Source: Lachnospiraceae bacterium (GTDB lineage: Bacteria > Bacillota > Clostridia > Lachnospirales > Lachnospiraceae). From it: 64,000 nt of DNA. A program made the position numbers and the translations under genes. The notes below the pieces were generated by a model that was not told the origin of the DNA, ran no database searches, and was given only the letters and a program-made list of their open reading frames with translations. Numbering within the stretch: the stretch's first letter is position 1; every line of letters starts with the position of its first letter. Location of the stretch: NCBI GenBank assembly GCA_024693845.1, contig JAILKJ010000039.1, positions 26,205-90,204 of the forward strand, in the 5' to 3' direction. Positions 39,624-48,488 of this stretch are shown piece by piece.

Positions 39624-40556
39624 ATGAACGAAAAGGCCAGGGTTTCATCAAACCCGCATATCCGCGCCAGAGCCACCACCACAACCATCATGCTGGCGGT
39701 GATCATAGCGCTGCTGCCCACCACGGTAGTGGGCATCCTGAATTTCGGTATGCATGCACTTTTGCTGATCGCTGTTACGATCTGCTCCACCGTAGCATCC
39801 GAATTTCTCTTTACCAAACTCCTGCATAAAAAGACAACCATCACGGATTGCTCCGCAGTCCTTACGGGACTCTTGCTGGCGCTGAACCTTCCGCCTTCCG
39901 CTCCCTGGTGGATCGGGGTCCTCGGCGGTGTGTTTGCTATTGTAGTGGTAAAAATGCTCTTCGGCGGTCTGGGACAGAACTTCATGAATCCGGCACTGGG
40001 GGGCAGATGCTTTCTGATGCTTTCCTTTACCAGGATCATGACGGATTTTGCCACCGATACCTACACCGGAGCCACTCCGCTGGCACTGGTCAAGGCAGGA
40101 GAGAAGGTCAATATCTACAACATGGTCATGGGACGTACGGCAGGAACCATCGGTGAGACCAGTATGATCGCCATTGTAGCCGGCGCCTGCTTCCTGATCC
40201 TGATCGGCGTCATCGACCTGAGGATCCCCGGGAGCTATATCGTCACCCTGGTGATCTTTATCACGCTGTTTTCCGGAAGAGGCCTGGATTTTGATTATAT
40301 CGCAGGAAACCTCGCGGGCGGCGGTCTGATGCTGGGTGCATTTTTCATGGCCACTGATTATGTTACGCGGCCCATCACCAAGAACGGTCAATACCTCTTC
40401 GGTATCCTTCTGGGAGTCCTTACCGGGATCTTTCGAGTGTTCGGATCAGGTGCCGAGGGTGTATCCTATGCGATCATCTTATCCAACCTCTGTGTGCCTC
40501 TGATCGAGAAGATCACCTGGCCCAAGCCTTTCGGGAAAGGAGGCGAAAAGGGATGA
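39624..40556 (+). CDS. rnfD: Rnf complex subunit D
   Basis: 310-aa polytopic membrane protein. FMN attachment motif TGATPL. Confidence 0.92.
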   Translation: MNEKARVSSNPHIRARATTTTIMLAVIIALLPTTVVGILNFGMHALLLIAVTICSTVASEFLFTKLLHKKTTITDCSAVLTGLLLALNLPPSAPWWIGVLGGVFAIVVVKMLFGGLGQNFMNPALGGRCFLMLSFTRIMTDFATDTYTGATPLALVKAGEKVNIYNMVMGRTAGTIGETSMIAIVAGACFLILIGVIDLRIPGSYIVTLVIFITLFSGRGLDFDYIAGNLAGGGLMLGAFFMATDYVTRPITKNGQYLFGILLGVLTGIFRVFGSGAEGVSYAIILSNLCVPLIEKITWPKPFGKGGEKG

Positions 40557-41176
40557 AAGCTATGTTAAAAGACGCGGCGATCCTTTTTGTGATCACCCTG
40601 ATAGCAGGTCTGGCCCTGGGCTTTGTCTATGACCTGACCAAGGAGCCCATAAAGGCTCAGGAAGTAAAGAAGAAAAATGAAGCCTACAGGAGTGTTTTTC
40701 CCGAGGCGGAGTCCTTTGAAGTGATCTCCGATAAACCGGATCTGGCCCCCGAAGACGTATCTGCCTATGTGCAGGAGCAGGGACTGGATGTATCCGTGGA
40801 GGAGATCGCCACGGCAGCCGATAAAGCGAGCAGTACTCTCGGCTATGTCATCACCGTGACGGACCATGAGGGTTACGGCGGAGATATCACTTTTGCCATT
40901 GGTGTGAAGGAGGACGGCTCGGTTAGCGGCGTTTCCATCCTTTCCATCTCTGAGACCGCAGGCCTCGGAATGCGGGCAGATGAGGTGCTGGTTCCCCAGA
41001 TGCCGGGCAAGGATCTGGGCAGCGAGATCAGCTATACCAAATCCGGAAATGCCACCGGCAACGAGGTGGATGCCATCTCCGGTGCGACCATAACCACCAA
41101 CGCTTTTGTGAATGGAATGAATGCGGGCAGGATCGTATTTACCGATCTGCTCCTTGCGGGAAAGGGGGCGGTTTAA
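40553..41176 (+). CDS. rnfG: Rnf complex subunit G
   Basis: N-terminal TM, FMN_bind domain, flavinylation motif DAISGATITT. ATGA overlap with rnfD. Confidence 0.9.
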   Translation: MKAMLKDAAILFVITLIAGLALGFVYDLTKEPIKAQEVKKKNEAYRSVFPEAESFEVISDKPDLAPEDVSAYVQEQGLDVSVEEIATAADKASSTLGYVITVTDHEGYGGDITFAIGVKEDGSVSGVSILSISETAGLGMRADEVLVPQMPGKDLGSEISYTKSGNATGNEVDAISGATITTNAFVNGMNAGRIVFTDLLLAGKGAV

Positions 41177-41953
41177 ATGGCTGAGAACAAGCCCTCTTGT
41201 ATGGAACGACTGTATAACGGACTTTTGAAGGAGAATCCCACCTTCGTACTGACTCTGGGTATGTGCCCGACGCTGGCGGTAACGACTTCCGCCATCAACG
41301 GTCTGGGTATGGGACTTACCACCATGGTGGTGCTGGCACTTTCCAACGTGTTCATTTCCCTGCTCCGGAAGGTGATACCGGATAAGGTGAGGATCCCGGC
41401 CTTCATCGTGATCATTGCCTCCTTCGTAACCTTGCTGGAGCTGGTGCTGGAAGCTTATCTGCCTTCCCTTTACGATGCTTTGGGGATCTATATCCCGCTG
41501 ATCGTGGTGAACTGTATCATCCTGGGACGTGCGGAAAGCTATGCATCCAAAAATTCCGTCCTTCCGTCCCTGTTTGACGGTATCGGAATGGGCCTGGGCT
41601 TTTCCTTTGCACTAACCTGTATCGGTCTGGTAAGAGAGATCCTGGGAAGCGGCAAGGCCTTTGGTTTTACCGTGATTCCTTCGGCTTTTGAGCCCATCTC
41701 CATCTTCGTTATGGCTCCCGGTGCTTTCTTTGTACTGGCGGTGCTGACGGCGGTACAGAACAAGATCAAGCTGGCCGGCGAGGCAAAGGGCAAGGATATG
41801 TCCAAGATCGGTTCCGGCTGTCCCGGCGGATGCGATTCCTGCTCCATTGAAGGATGCGTCAGTCGGAAATTCTACGATCCTTCCGCTACCGGAAGCGTGG
41901 AGGAAGCTGCGATCCGCAGAGAGGAAGCAGCGAAAGGAGGAGAAGAGGCATGA
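41177..41953 (+). CDS. rnfE: Rnf complex subunit E, with a ~60-aa Cys-rich/charged C-terminal extension
   Basis: NPTFVLTLGMCPTLAVT and IPLIVVNCIILGRAE motifs. 258 aa. Confidence 0.9.
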   Translation: MAENKPSCMERLYNGLLKENPTFVLTLGMCPTLAVTTSAINGLGMGLTTMVVLALSNVFISLLRKVIPDKVRIPAFIVIIASFVTLLELVLEAYLPSLYDALGIYIPLIVVNCIILGRAESYASKNSVLPSLFDGIGMGLGFSFALTCIGLVREILGSGKAFGFTVIPSAFEPISIFVMAPGAFFVLAVLTAVQNKIKLAGEAKGKDMSKIGSGCPGGCDSCSIEGCVSRKFYDPSATGSVEEAAIRREEAAKGGEEA

Positions 41954-42525
41954 CAAATCTGATACTGATAGCGATCGGTTCGGCACTGGTCAATAACGTA
42001 GTCCTTTCCCAGTTCCTGGGTCTTTGCCCTTTCCTGGGAGTTTCCAAGAAGGTAAAAACGGCCAGCGGCATGGGTATGGCGGTCATTTTTGTCATCACCA
42101 TCGCATCCTTTGTGGCGGCTGTGATCTATCGGTTCATCTTGACACCGCTGGATCTGACCTACCTTCGGACCATTGTCTTCATTCTCGTCATTGCTGCACT
42201 GGTGCAGTTCGTCGAGATGTTTCTCAAGAAGAATATCAAGAGCCTGTATGAATCCCTTGGCGTGTACCTGCCTCTGATCACCACCAACTGCGCGGTGCTG
42301 GGCGTGGCGCTGACCAACGTACAGAAGTCTTACGGGATCCTGGAGAGCGTGGTGAACGGCCTTGCCACGGCAGCCGGTTTTGCCATTGCGATCATCATCC
42401 TGGCGGGCCTTCGTGAGAAGATGGAAAATAATGACATTCCGAAACCATTTCAGGGTATGCCCATCGTGATGATCACGGCGGGTCTTATGGCCATCGCCTT
42501 TTGCGGCTTTTCGGGATTGTTTTAA
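41950..42525 (+). CDS. rnfA: Rnf complex subunit A
   Basis: ATGA overlap with rnfE. VNNVVLSQFLGLCPFLGVS and LPLITTNCAVLG motifs. 191 aa. Confidence 0.92.
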   Translation: MTNLILIAIGSALVNNVVLSQFLGLCPFLGVSKKVKTASGMGMAVIFVITIASFVAAVIYRFILTPLDLTYLRTIVFILVIAALVQFVEMFLKKNIKSLYESLGVYLPLITTNCAVLGVALTNVQKSYGILESVVNGLATAAGFAIAIIILAGLREKMENNDIPKPFQGMPIVMITAGLMAIAFCGFSGLF

Positions 42526-42539
42526 GGAAGGGTATCAGT

Positions 42540-43337
42540 ATGAATATAACAGCAATTTTGTTAGCAACGGCTATCGTTGCGGCGGTGGGACTGCTCATTG
42601 GTCTCTTCCTGGGCGTAGCCGGTATCAAATTCAAAGTAGAGACGGATCCCAGGGAAGAAGAAGTTCTGGCGGCTCTGCCCGGTAATAACTGCGGTGGCTG
42701 CGGATTCCCCGGATGTTCCGGTCTTGCGGCAGCCATCGCTGAGAATGAAGCGCCGGTGAACGGCTGTCCCGTGGGAGGTGCGCCTGTAGCAGCCAGGATC
42801 GCGCAGATCATGGGTCTGGAAGCCGGAGAGAGCGTTAAGCAGGTGGCTTTTGTTAAATGCCACGGCACCTGCGATAAGGCCAAGACGGATTATGAGTATG
42901 TGGGATCGAAGGATTGCCGGATGGCTTCCTTTGCACCCGGCGGCGGTCCGAAGAGCTGCAATGCCGGCTGTATGGGCTTCGGAACCTGCGTTTCGGTATG
43001 CCCCTTCGATGCCATCCACGTAGTGGAAGGAGTGGCAGTTGTGGATAAGGAGGCCTGCAAGGCCTGCGGTAAATGTATCGAAGCCTGCCCGAAGAAGCTC
43101 ATCGAGCTGATCCCCTATGAGAGCACCTACGCAGTTGCCTGCAACTCTCATGAGAAGGGCCCCGTGGTCATGAAGGCCTGCGAAACGGGCTGTATCGGAT
43201 GCATGCTCTGTCAGAAGAACTGTCCGAAGGAAGCGGTGAAGGTTGAGAATTTCCTTGCCCGTATCGATCAGGAAAAATGCGAGGGCTGCGGTGTCTGTGC
43301 CGAAAAATGCCCCAAGAAGAGTATAGTAAACCTGTAA
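42540..43337 (+). CDS. rnfB: Rnf complex subunit B (polyferredoxin type)
   Basis: N-terminal TM, CGGCGFPGC motif, several CxxCxxCxxxCP ferredoxin motifs. 265 aa. Confidence 0.9.
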   Translation: MNITAILLATAIVAAVGLLIGLFLGVAGIKFKVETDPREEEVLAALPGNNCGGCGFPGCSGLAAAIAENEAPVNGCPVGGAPVAARIAQIMGLEAGESVKQVAFVKCHGTCDKAKTDYEYVGSKDCRMASFAPGGGPKSCNAGCMGFGTCVSVCPFDAIHVVEGVAVVDKEACKACGKCIEACPKKLIELIPYESTYAVACNSHEKGPVVMKACETGCIGCMLCQKNCPKEAVKVENFLARIDQEKCEGCGVCAEKCPKKSIVNL

Positions 43338-43349
43338 GGAGGATGTAAC

Positions 43350-44774
43350 ATGAAGACCAAGAACGTATGGAACAATTACACGCCTGCCCAGCTGAAGCAG
43401 CTGGAGACCTTCTGTGAAGGGTACCGGGATTTCCTGGATAACGGTAAGACCGAGCGGGAATGTGTGGATGAGATCGTAAGCAGGATCGAAGCTGAGGGCT
43501 ATGTGGAGCTTTCCCGTGCCATTAAGGCAGGCAAGAAGCTCAAGGCCGGAGACAAGGTATACTCCGTGAACATGCAGAAGGCAGTGATCATGTTCTGCAT
43601 CGGCAAGGAGGATATCGAAAACGGTATGAACATCCTGGGCGCCCATATCGATTCACCCAGAATGGATGTGAAGCAGAATCCCATGTATCAGGAAGGTGAT
43701 TTCGTATACCTGGATACCCATTATTACGGCGGTATCAAGAAGTATCAGTGGGTAACACTTCCCCTGGCACTTCACGGTGTGGTTGTTAAGAAGGACGGCA
43801 GTACCATCATCATGAACATCGGAGAGGAAGAGGGAGATCCCGTATTTTTCGTATCCGATCTTCTGATTCACCTTGCCGCCGAGCAGATGGACAAGAAGGC
43901 AGCCAAGGTTGTGGAAGGCGAGGCGCTCGATATCATCGTGGGCAATAAGCCGATCAAGCTCACCGCGGCCCAGAAGAAGGCAGAGGCATCCAAGAAGGAT
44001 GAGGACGAGGAGAAGAAGGATCCCTTCACAAGAGAGGTTCTCCGTATCCTGAAAGAGCAGTATGACATGGAGGAGGAGGATTTCCTTTCCGCTGAGCTAG
44101 AGGTGGTACCCGCGGGAAAAGCGCGGGAGGCAGGTTTTGACCGCAGCATGATCCTTTCCTACGGCCAGGATGACAGATCCTGTGCCTATGCTTCCATGGA
44201 AGCCCAGCTGGCAGTTAAGAACCCCGTAAGAACCTCCTGCTGCATCCTTGTGGACAAGGAGGAGATCGGCTCCGTCGGTGCAACCGGTATGGAGTCCAAG
44301 TTCTTCGAGAACAGTGTGGCAGAGCTTCTGGAGCTTTGCGGCGGATACAACGATCTGAAGCTTCGCAGGGCCCTTCGCAATTCACGCATGCTCTCTTCGG
44401 ATGTCAGCGCGGGCTTTGATCCTACCTATGCATCTGCTTTTGAGAAGAAAAATGCAGCGTTCCTGGGTCACGGCATGGTATTTAACAAGTTCACCGGTGC
44501 CCGCGGCAAGTCCGGCTCCAACGATGCCAACGCAGAGTATATGGCCCTGATCCGCAAGATCATGGACGATGCCAAGGTTGGCTACCAGACCGCAGAGCTT
44601 GGTAAGGTGGATCACGGCGGCGGCGGAACCATCGCCTATATCCTTTCCCTTTACGGTATGGATGTTATCGACTGCGGCGTAGCGGTATTGAACATGCACG
44701 CTCCCTGGGAGGCCACCTCCAAGGCAGATATGTTCGAAACCTTCCGCGGTTATCAGGCGTTCCTGAAGGCGTAA
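43350..44774 (+). CDS. M18-family aminopeptidase
   Basis: 474 aa. GAHIDSPR, SYGQDDRSC and NMHAPWE motifs typical of M18/aminopeptidase 1. Confidence 0.85.
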   Translation: MKTKNVWNNYTPAQLKQLETFCEGYRDFLDNGKTERECVDEIVSRIEAEGYVELSRAIKAGKKLKAGDKVYSVNMQKAVIMFCIGKEDIENGMNILGAHIDSPRMDVKQNPMYQEGDFVYLDTHYYGGIKKYQWVTLPLALHGVVVKKDGSTIIMNIGEEEGDPVFFVSDLLIHLAAEQMDKKAAKVVEGEALDIIVGNKPIKLTAAQKKAEASKKDEDEEKKDPFTREVLRILKEQYDMEEEDFLSAELEVVPAGKAREAGFDRSMILSYGQDDRSCAYASMEAQLAVKNPVRTSCCILVDKEEIGSVGATGMESKFFENSVAELLELCGGYNDLKLRRALRNSRMLSSDVSAGFDPTYASAFEKKNAAFLGHGMVFNKFTGARGKSGSNDANAEYMALIRKIMDDAKVGYQTAELGKVDHGGGGTIAYILSLYGMDVIDCGVAVLNMHAPWEATSKADMFETFRGYQAFLKA

Positions 44775-44824
44775 ACAGACAGACGTACAGCAGGAATACG
44801 GGTTAGAATTGAGGGGGAAATATT

Positions 44825-46579
44825 ATGATTACAAGTTTTAAAAGAAATACACGCCTCGGTAAAAGTGTTCTCGGAGTAGTGATCGGTTTACTGGCGTTTA
44901 TATCAGGCCCGGTATCAGCCAAAGCGGATCCGGGTATTCCGACTACTACCATCTACACGCAAGGCTCCTCTGAGAATTTTACTTTGTACAGCGGAGAAGA
45001 GATCAGATCCGGAACCTACTCCGGCAAGGTGGAGCTCCAGGGCGGCGTCATCACCGGCGGAACGTTTACCGGTGAGGTTGTGGTCGGTAGCGGGACGACA
45101 GCCGGTATTACCGGTGGTGATTTTTATTGTACAGTTCAGGTGTATGGCATAGTAAATGGCGGAACCTTCCACGGAGAAGCTGAGAATAACACCATATGGG
45201 TATCGGTGGGAGGAGCGAGTTCCGATATTCAGGACGGAACCTTCGAATGCCAGGTGAACCTCGGCGAAGAAGCAAAGATTTCCGGCGGAACCTTTAACGG
45301 AGAAGTACAGTCCTCTTTCGGAACGATCACAGGCGGATCTTTCAACAAATATGCAGGTATCAGTGGCGGAACGGTCAGCGGTGGCACCTTTTCCAGGCTG
45401 CAGCTTTTCGGAGTGTCCAAGTTGTCGGCGCAATATAATACTACCGTGACAGGGGGGACCTTGATCGCCGGTACGCTTGAAGTATATGCAGATCAGGATA
45501 TGACGACCCCTGTGATCCGAAACCTTTTGGTAAAACGAAGTGAAGACTGGTCAAGCATCAACGTGAGCAAAATCCCGGAGGAACAATTTTCTCAAATGTT
45601 TGCAAACGGAAGTGATGACACGCTGGTTGTAACGGTAACGGAATCACCGAGCCGGATCCTGACGATAGGAAAAATGCGGGCCGGAGCTCTGGATAAATAT
45701 ACACTTCATTTCGATGCCGCAGGTGGGAACGGGAACATGGCGGATACCTGGGGATATAAGGAAGGATATCTGATGTTGCCGGCAAATACCTTTACGAAGG
45801 GAAGTGCGCAGTTCGAAGGCTGGTCGGATATGCCTGGCGGAAATAAGATATTTGAAGATAAGGCATCTGCTTATCCGTATCGTTGGAGTGTGAATATCGG
45901 AGAGAATGATCGCACCCTTTATGCTTTATGGAGTGGCGGGGGAGCAAAGCCCGCAGGGCAGGATGTAACGGATGAGAGACAGACCGATGCTTCTGACACG
46001 CTTCCCGGGTATGCCTATAAACCGGACAGCGCCTCGAAGAAGGCGGCAACGGTTAAGATCGACGAAACGACTACCATTGGCGGTAAGAAGTATACCGTGA
46101 CGAAGATCGCCAAGGATGCGTTTAAGAACGATAAGAAGGTGAAGAAGGCTCTGCTTCCTGCTTCGCTGAAGGAGATCGGGGACGGTGCTTTTGCAGGCTG
46201 CAGCAATCTGTCCAACGTGAATCTGAAGAAGACGGGAGTCGAGGTGATCGGCAAGAATGCCTTTAAAGGCACGAAGCTCAAAAGCGCGGAGCTGCCCGCA
46301 TCTACGACGGAAGTAAAGAGCGGTGCTTTTGCAAACTGTAAGTATTTAAAGACGGTCAAGCTCGGCAAAAACACCACGAAGATCGGAGTCAATGCCTTCA
46401 AGGGCTCCAAGGTTAAAACGCTGTATTTCAAATCCGCGAAGGTACCTTCCAAGAAGGATATCAAGGGCGTTAAGAGTCTTGGGAAAAATGCGACGATCAA
46501 GGTTCCCGGTAAGGCGCTTTCGGCCTATAAGAAGGTTTTGAAGGCTGCCGGCTTTAAGGGAACCGTGAAGAAGGGCTGA
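44825..46579 (+). CDS. secreted surface protein: GG(T/S)F beta-helix-like repeats + Listeria-Bacteroides (Flg_new) repeat + BspA-type LRR + basic tail
   Basis: Signal peptide ending VSAKAD. At least 8 short GGTF/GGSF/DGTF repeats. YTLHFDAAGGNG..FEGWSD..RTLYALW. C-terminal IAKDAF/IGDGAFAGC/IGKNAFKG repeats. Confidence 0.8.
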   Translation: MITSFKRNTRLGKSVLGVVIGLLAFISGPVSAKADPGIPTTTIYTQGSSENFTLYSGEEIRSGTYSGKVELQGGVITGGTFTGEVVVGSGTTAGITGGDFYCTVQVYGIVNGGTFHGEAENNTIWVSVGGASSDIQDGTFECQVNLGEEAKISGGTFNGEVQSSFGTITGGSFNKYAGISGGTVSGGTFSRLQLFGVSKLSAQYNTTVTGGTLIAGTLEVYADQDMTTPVIRNLLVKRSEDWSSINVSKIPEEQFSQMFANGSDDTLVVTVTESPSRILTIGKMRAGALDKYTLHFDAAGGNGNMADTWGYKEGYLMLPANTFTKGSAQFEGWSDMPGGNKIFEDKASAYPYRWSVNIGENDRTLYALWSGGGAKPAGQDVTDERQTDASDTLPGYAYKPDSASKKAATVKIDETTTIGGKKYTVTKIAKDAFKNDKKVKKALLPASLKEIGDGAFAGCSNLSNVNLKKTGVEVIGKNAFKGTKLKSAELPASTTEVKSGAFANCKYLKTVKLGKNTTKIGVNAFKGSKVKTLYFKSAKVPSKKDIKGVKSLGKNATIKVPGKALSAYKKVLKAAGFKGTVKKG

Positions 46580-46614
46580 CGAAAGTTCTTTGAAATAGCT
46601 TTATAAAAGAGAGT

Positions 46615-46654
46615 AAAACGAGGTCTTAGTTACGTGTATCTATGACCTCGTTTT
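46615..46654. terminator. hairpin between convergent surface-protein gene and apbE (possible bidirectional terminator)
   Basis: AAACGAGGTC / GACCTCGTTT 10-bp stem with an 18-nt loop containing the apbE stop. A-run and T-run on the flanks. Confidence 0.5.
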
Positions 46655-47636
46655 CTTTGGTTACAAGAATAGCGTCCACATCCGGGGTATCATGGATCAG
46701 CGTAAGAGCAGCGTCTTTGCCCATGATCAGGCAGACGGTGGAGAGGACATCGGCATCCAGGGAGGAATCCGTCAGGATCGTGGCGCTGTACAGATCCGTG
46801 TCCACCGGCATTCCGGTTTCCAGATCCAGGATGTGATGGTAGAGGGTGCCGTCCTTTTCAAAGCAGCGCTCATAGACACCGCTGGTTGCGGCAGAAGAAT
46901 AGAGGCTGTCTCCGGAGCCCAGATCCGTAGCAGTAAGGTAGGAGCCGAGGTCAGCAAAGGGCTTCTGGATCCCCACGGAATAAGGAGTTTTATCAGGCTT
47001 CCTACCGATGGTCTGAACGTTGCCGCCCAGGTTGATAATGGCGCTTTCACAGCCTTCCTTGGTCAGGAACTCCTTGAGCTTATCGGCAATGTAGCCCTTG
47101 GCGATGAAGCCTACATCGATGGCGGCTTCGGGATCGGAAAGGGTCACCTTGTTGCCGTCAATAGACAGGTTCCCGTAGCCGACATGCTGCAGAGCATTGG
47201 AAAGCTCCTCGCGGCGGGGCACGTAGTCGGAATCCCCGGAGAAGTCCCAAAGCGCCTTAACAGGAGCGATGGTCAGGTCCACATACGAAGGAAAAGACCT
47301 GCTGTAGACCATGGCAGCGTAGAGAAGATCCCGGGTCTCGTCACTGACCATGACACCATGTCCTTCCGCGTGATTGATCTTATAGATCTCGCTGTTTTCG
47401 TTATCGGGAGCAAAGAGCGTATCATACCGGGAGCATTCCGCCATGGCTTTTTCCAAAAGCGCCTCTGCCTCGTCCGCGCGGGAGGGCGTCTCATAGACCG
47501 TCAGTGTGACGGCGGTATCAAAATAGAAGCCTGTTTTGGAGACAGGCTCTTTGGGCTGCAGGGCGCAGGCGCCAAGCAGCATCGATATCAGGATCATTCC
47601 GGAAAGGAAGATCGTAAAATTCAGCCGTTTCGGCAT
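46626..47636 (-). CDS. apbE: FAD:protein FMN transferase (ApbE family lipoprotein)
   Basis: Start at 47636 (RBS AAGGAGGA 5 nt upstream on the minus strand). Lipobox LLGAC. The 336 aa match the ApbE pattern (FDTAVTL, AKGY, GG). The track ORF extension to 48452 is rejected. Confidence 0.88.
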   Translation of the reverse strand: MPKRLNFTIFLSGMILISMLLGACALQPKEPVSKTGFYFDTAVTLTVYETPSRADEAEALLEKAMAECSRYDTLFAPDNENSEIYKINHAEGHGVMVSDETRDLLYAAMVYSRSFPSYVDLTIAPVKALWDFSGDSDYVPRREELSNALQHVGYGNLSIDGNKVTLSDPEAAIDVGFIAKGYIADKLKEFLTKEGCESAIINLGGNVQTIGRKPDKTPYSVGIQKPFADLGSYLTATDLGSGDSLYSSAATSGVYERCFEKDGTLYHHILDLETGMPVDTDLYSATILTDSSLDADVLSTVCLIMGKDAALTLIHDTPDVDAILVTKENEVIDTRN

Positions 47637-47792
47637 GTTATCCTCCTTTGCGACCGGAGCATTTTTTTCCGAAAAATGAAACGGTTTTGCCCCTTTCGCT
47701 GTATCTATACTGTAGAGTACCACAAACAGACGGCTTATGTAAGAGAAATCTGAGCAATTAACTGTCGTTTGTGTGAGACACGGGAGAAATCC

Positions 47793-47803
47793 TGTGGTAT
47801 AAT
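47793..47803 (+). promoter_or_regulatory. extended -10 promoter element TGTGGTATAAT
   Basis: TRTGn + TATAAT with GAGACA 17 nt upstream. About 100 nt before ORF 47901. Confidence 0.55.
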
Positions 47804-47900
47804 AAACGTAATTGTAGGCATTTGTCAGCTGAAGAAAAGACAGCAAACGGATCTGAGCTTTATTGCCGGCATGTGGAGTACTTAGGAGAGAACCTCCCGG

Positions 47901-48468
47901 ATGAACGGCGATGAAAAGGGTGCGCAATTTGCCGCACAGAACAAGGAGCGGACGAAGAATCTGTATGGCTATGAAGGAAAGATCATAGACGGAGATATCT
48001 TCAGCGACGATGAGGTTCTGGATCCCGACAAGCTGGCAGATAAAAAGGCGGATTACTTCAAGCAGGTCGTTGATAATCTGCGGGGTGGTAAAGAGGGTTA
48101 TAAGTGGATATGTCAAACCAAGCATGACGGTTATAACAGAAGAATCGAAGAATGCGGAAATTTGCTTTCCAGAGTGGATTTTAATAAGCCGGATTATATT
48201 TTTGATGAAAATTTCACGAAGGCAATCGTGCTTGCCAATCACCTGAACGATGTATGGCAGGAAATTCAAGAATCTGAAAAAGAATCCGTCCATCGCTGCC
48301 GGGATCCTGAACAATAAGCAGGGACTTCGCGATTTTGTAACGAATGCGGATGCAAAAGGCAATGCCATTATTGCAGAACGGAGAGAGCAGCAGAACAGGC
48401 AGAACCAGGCGGATCCTTCAAAACAGAATAGTAAGGGGATAAACAGAAACACGGGTATAAAGGTCTGA
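47901..48468 (+). pseudogene. hypothetical gene split into two overlapping frames (47901-48317 and 48250-48468): frameshifted gene or two small ORFs
   Basis: AGGAGAG RBS before 47901. The two ORFs tile the whole interval up to the RBS of the giant gene. They overlap across an A5 run at about 48276-48280. Confidence 0.35.
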
Positions 48469-48488
48469 GGTAAAGGAGGTTACGGAAC

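Noticed and set aside
47637-48452. Upstream extension of the apbE ORF to 608 aa
   Set aside because: The ApbE homology, lipoprotein signal and a perfect AAGGAGGA RBS all begin at the internal ATG (47636). The upstream 272 codons are hydrophobic and low-complexity, and they run antisense through a + strand promoter and ORF.
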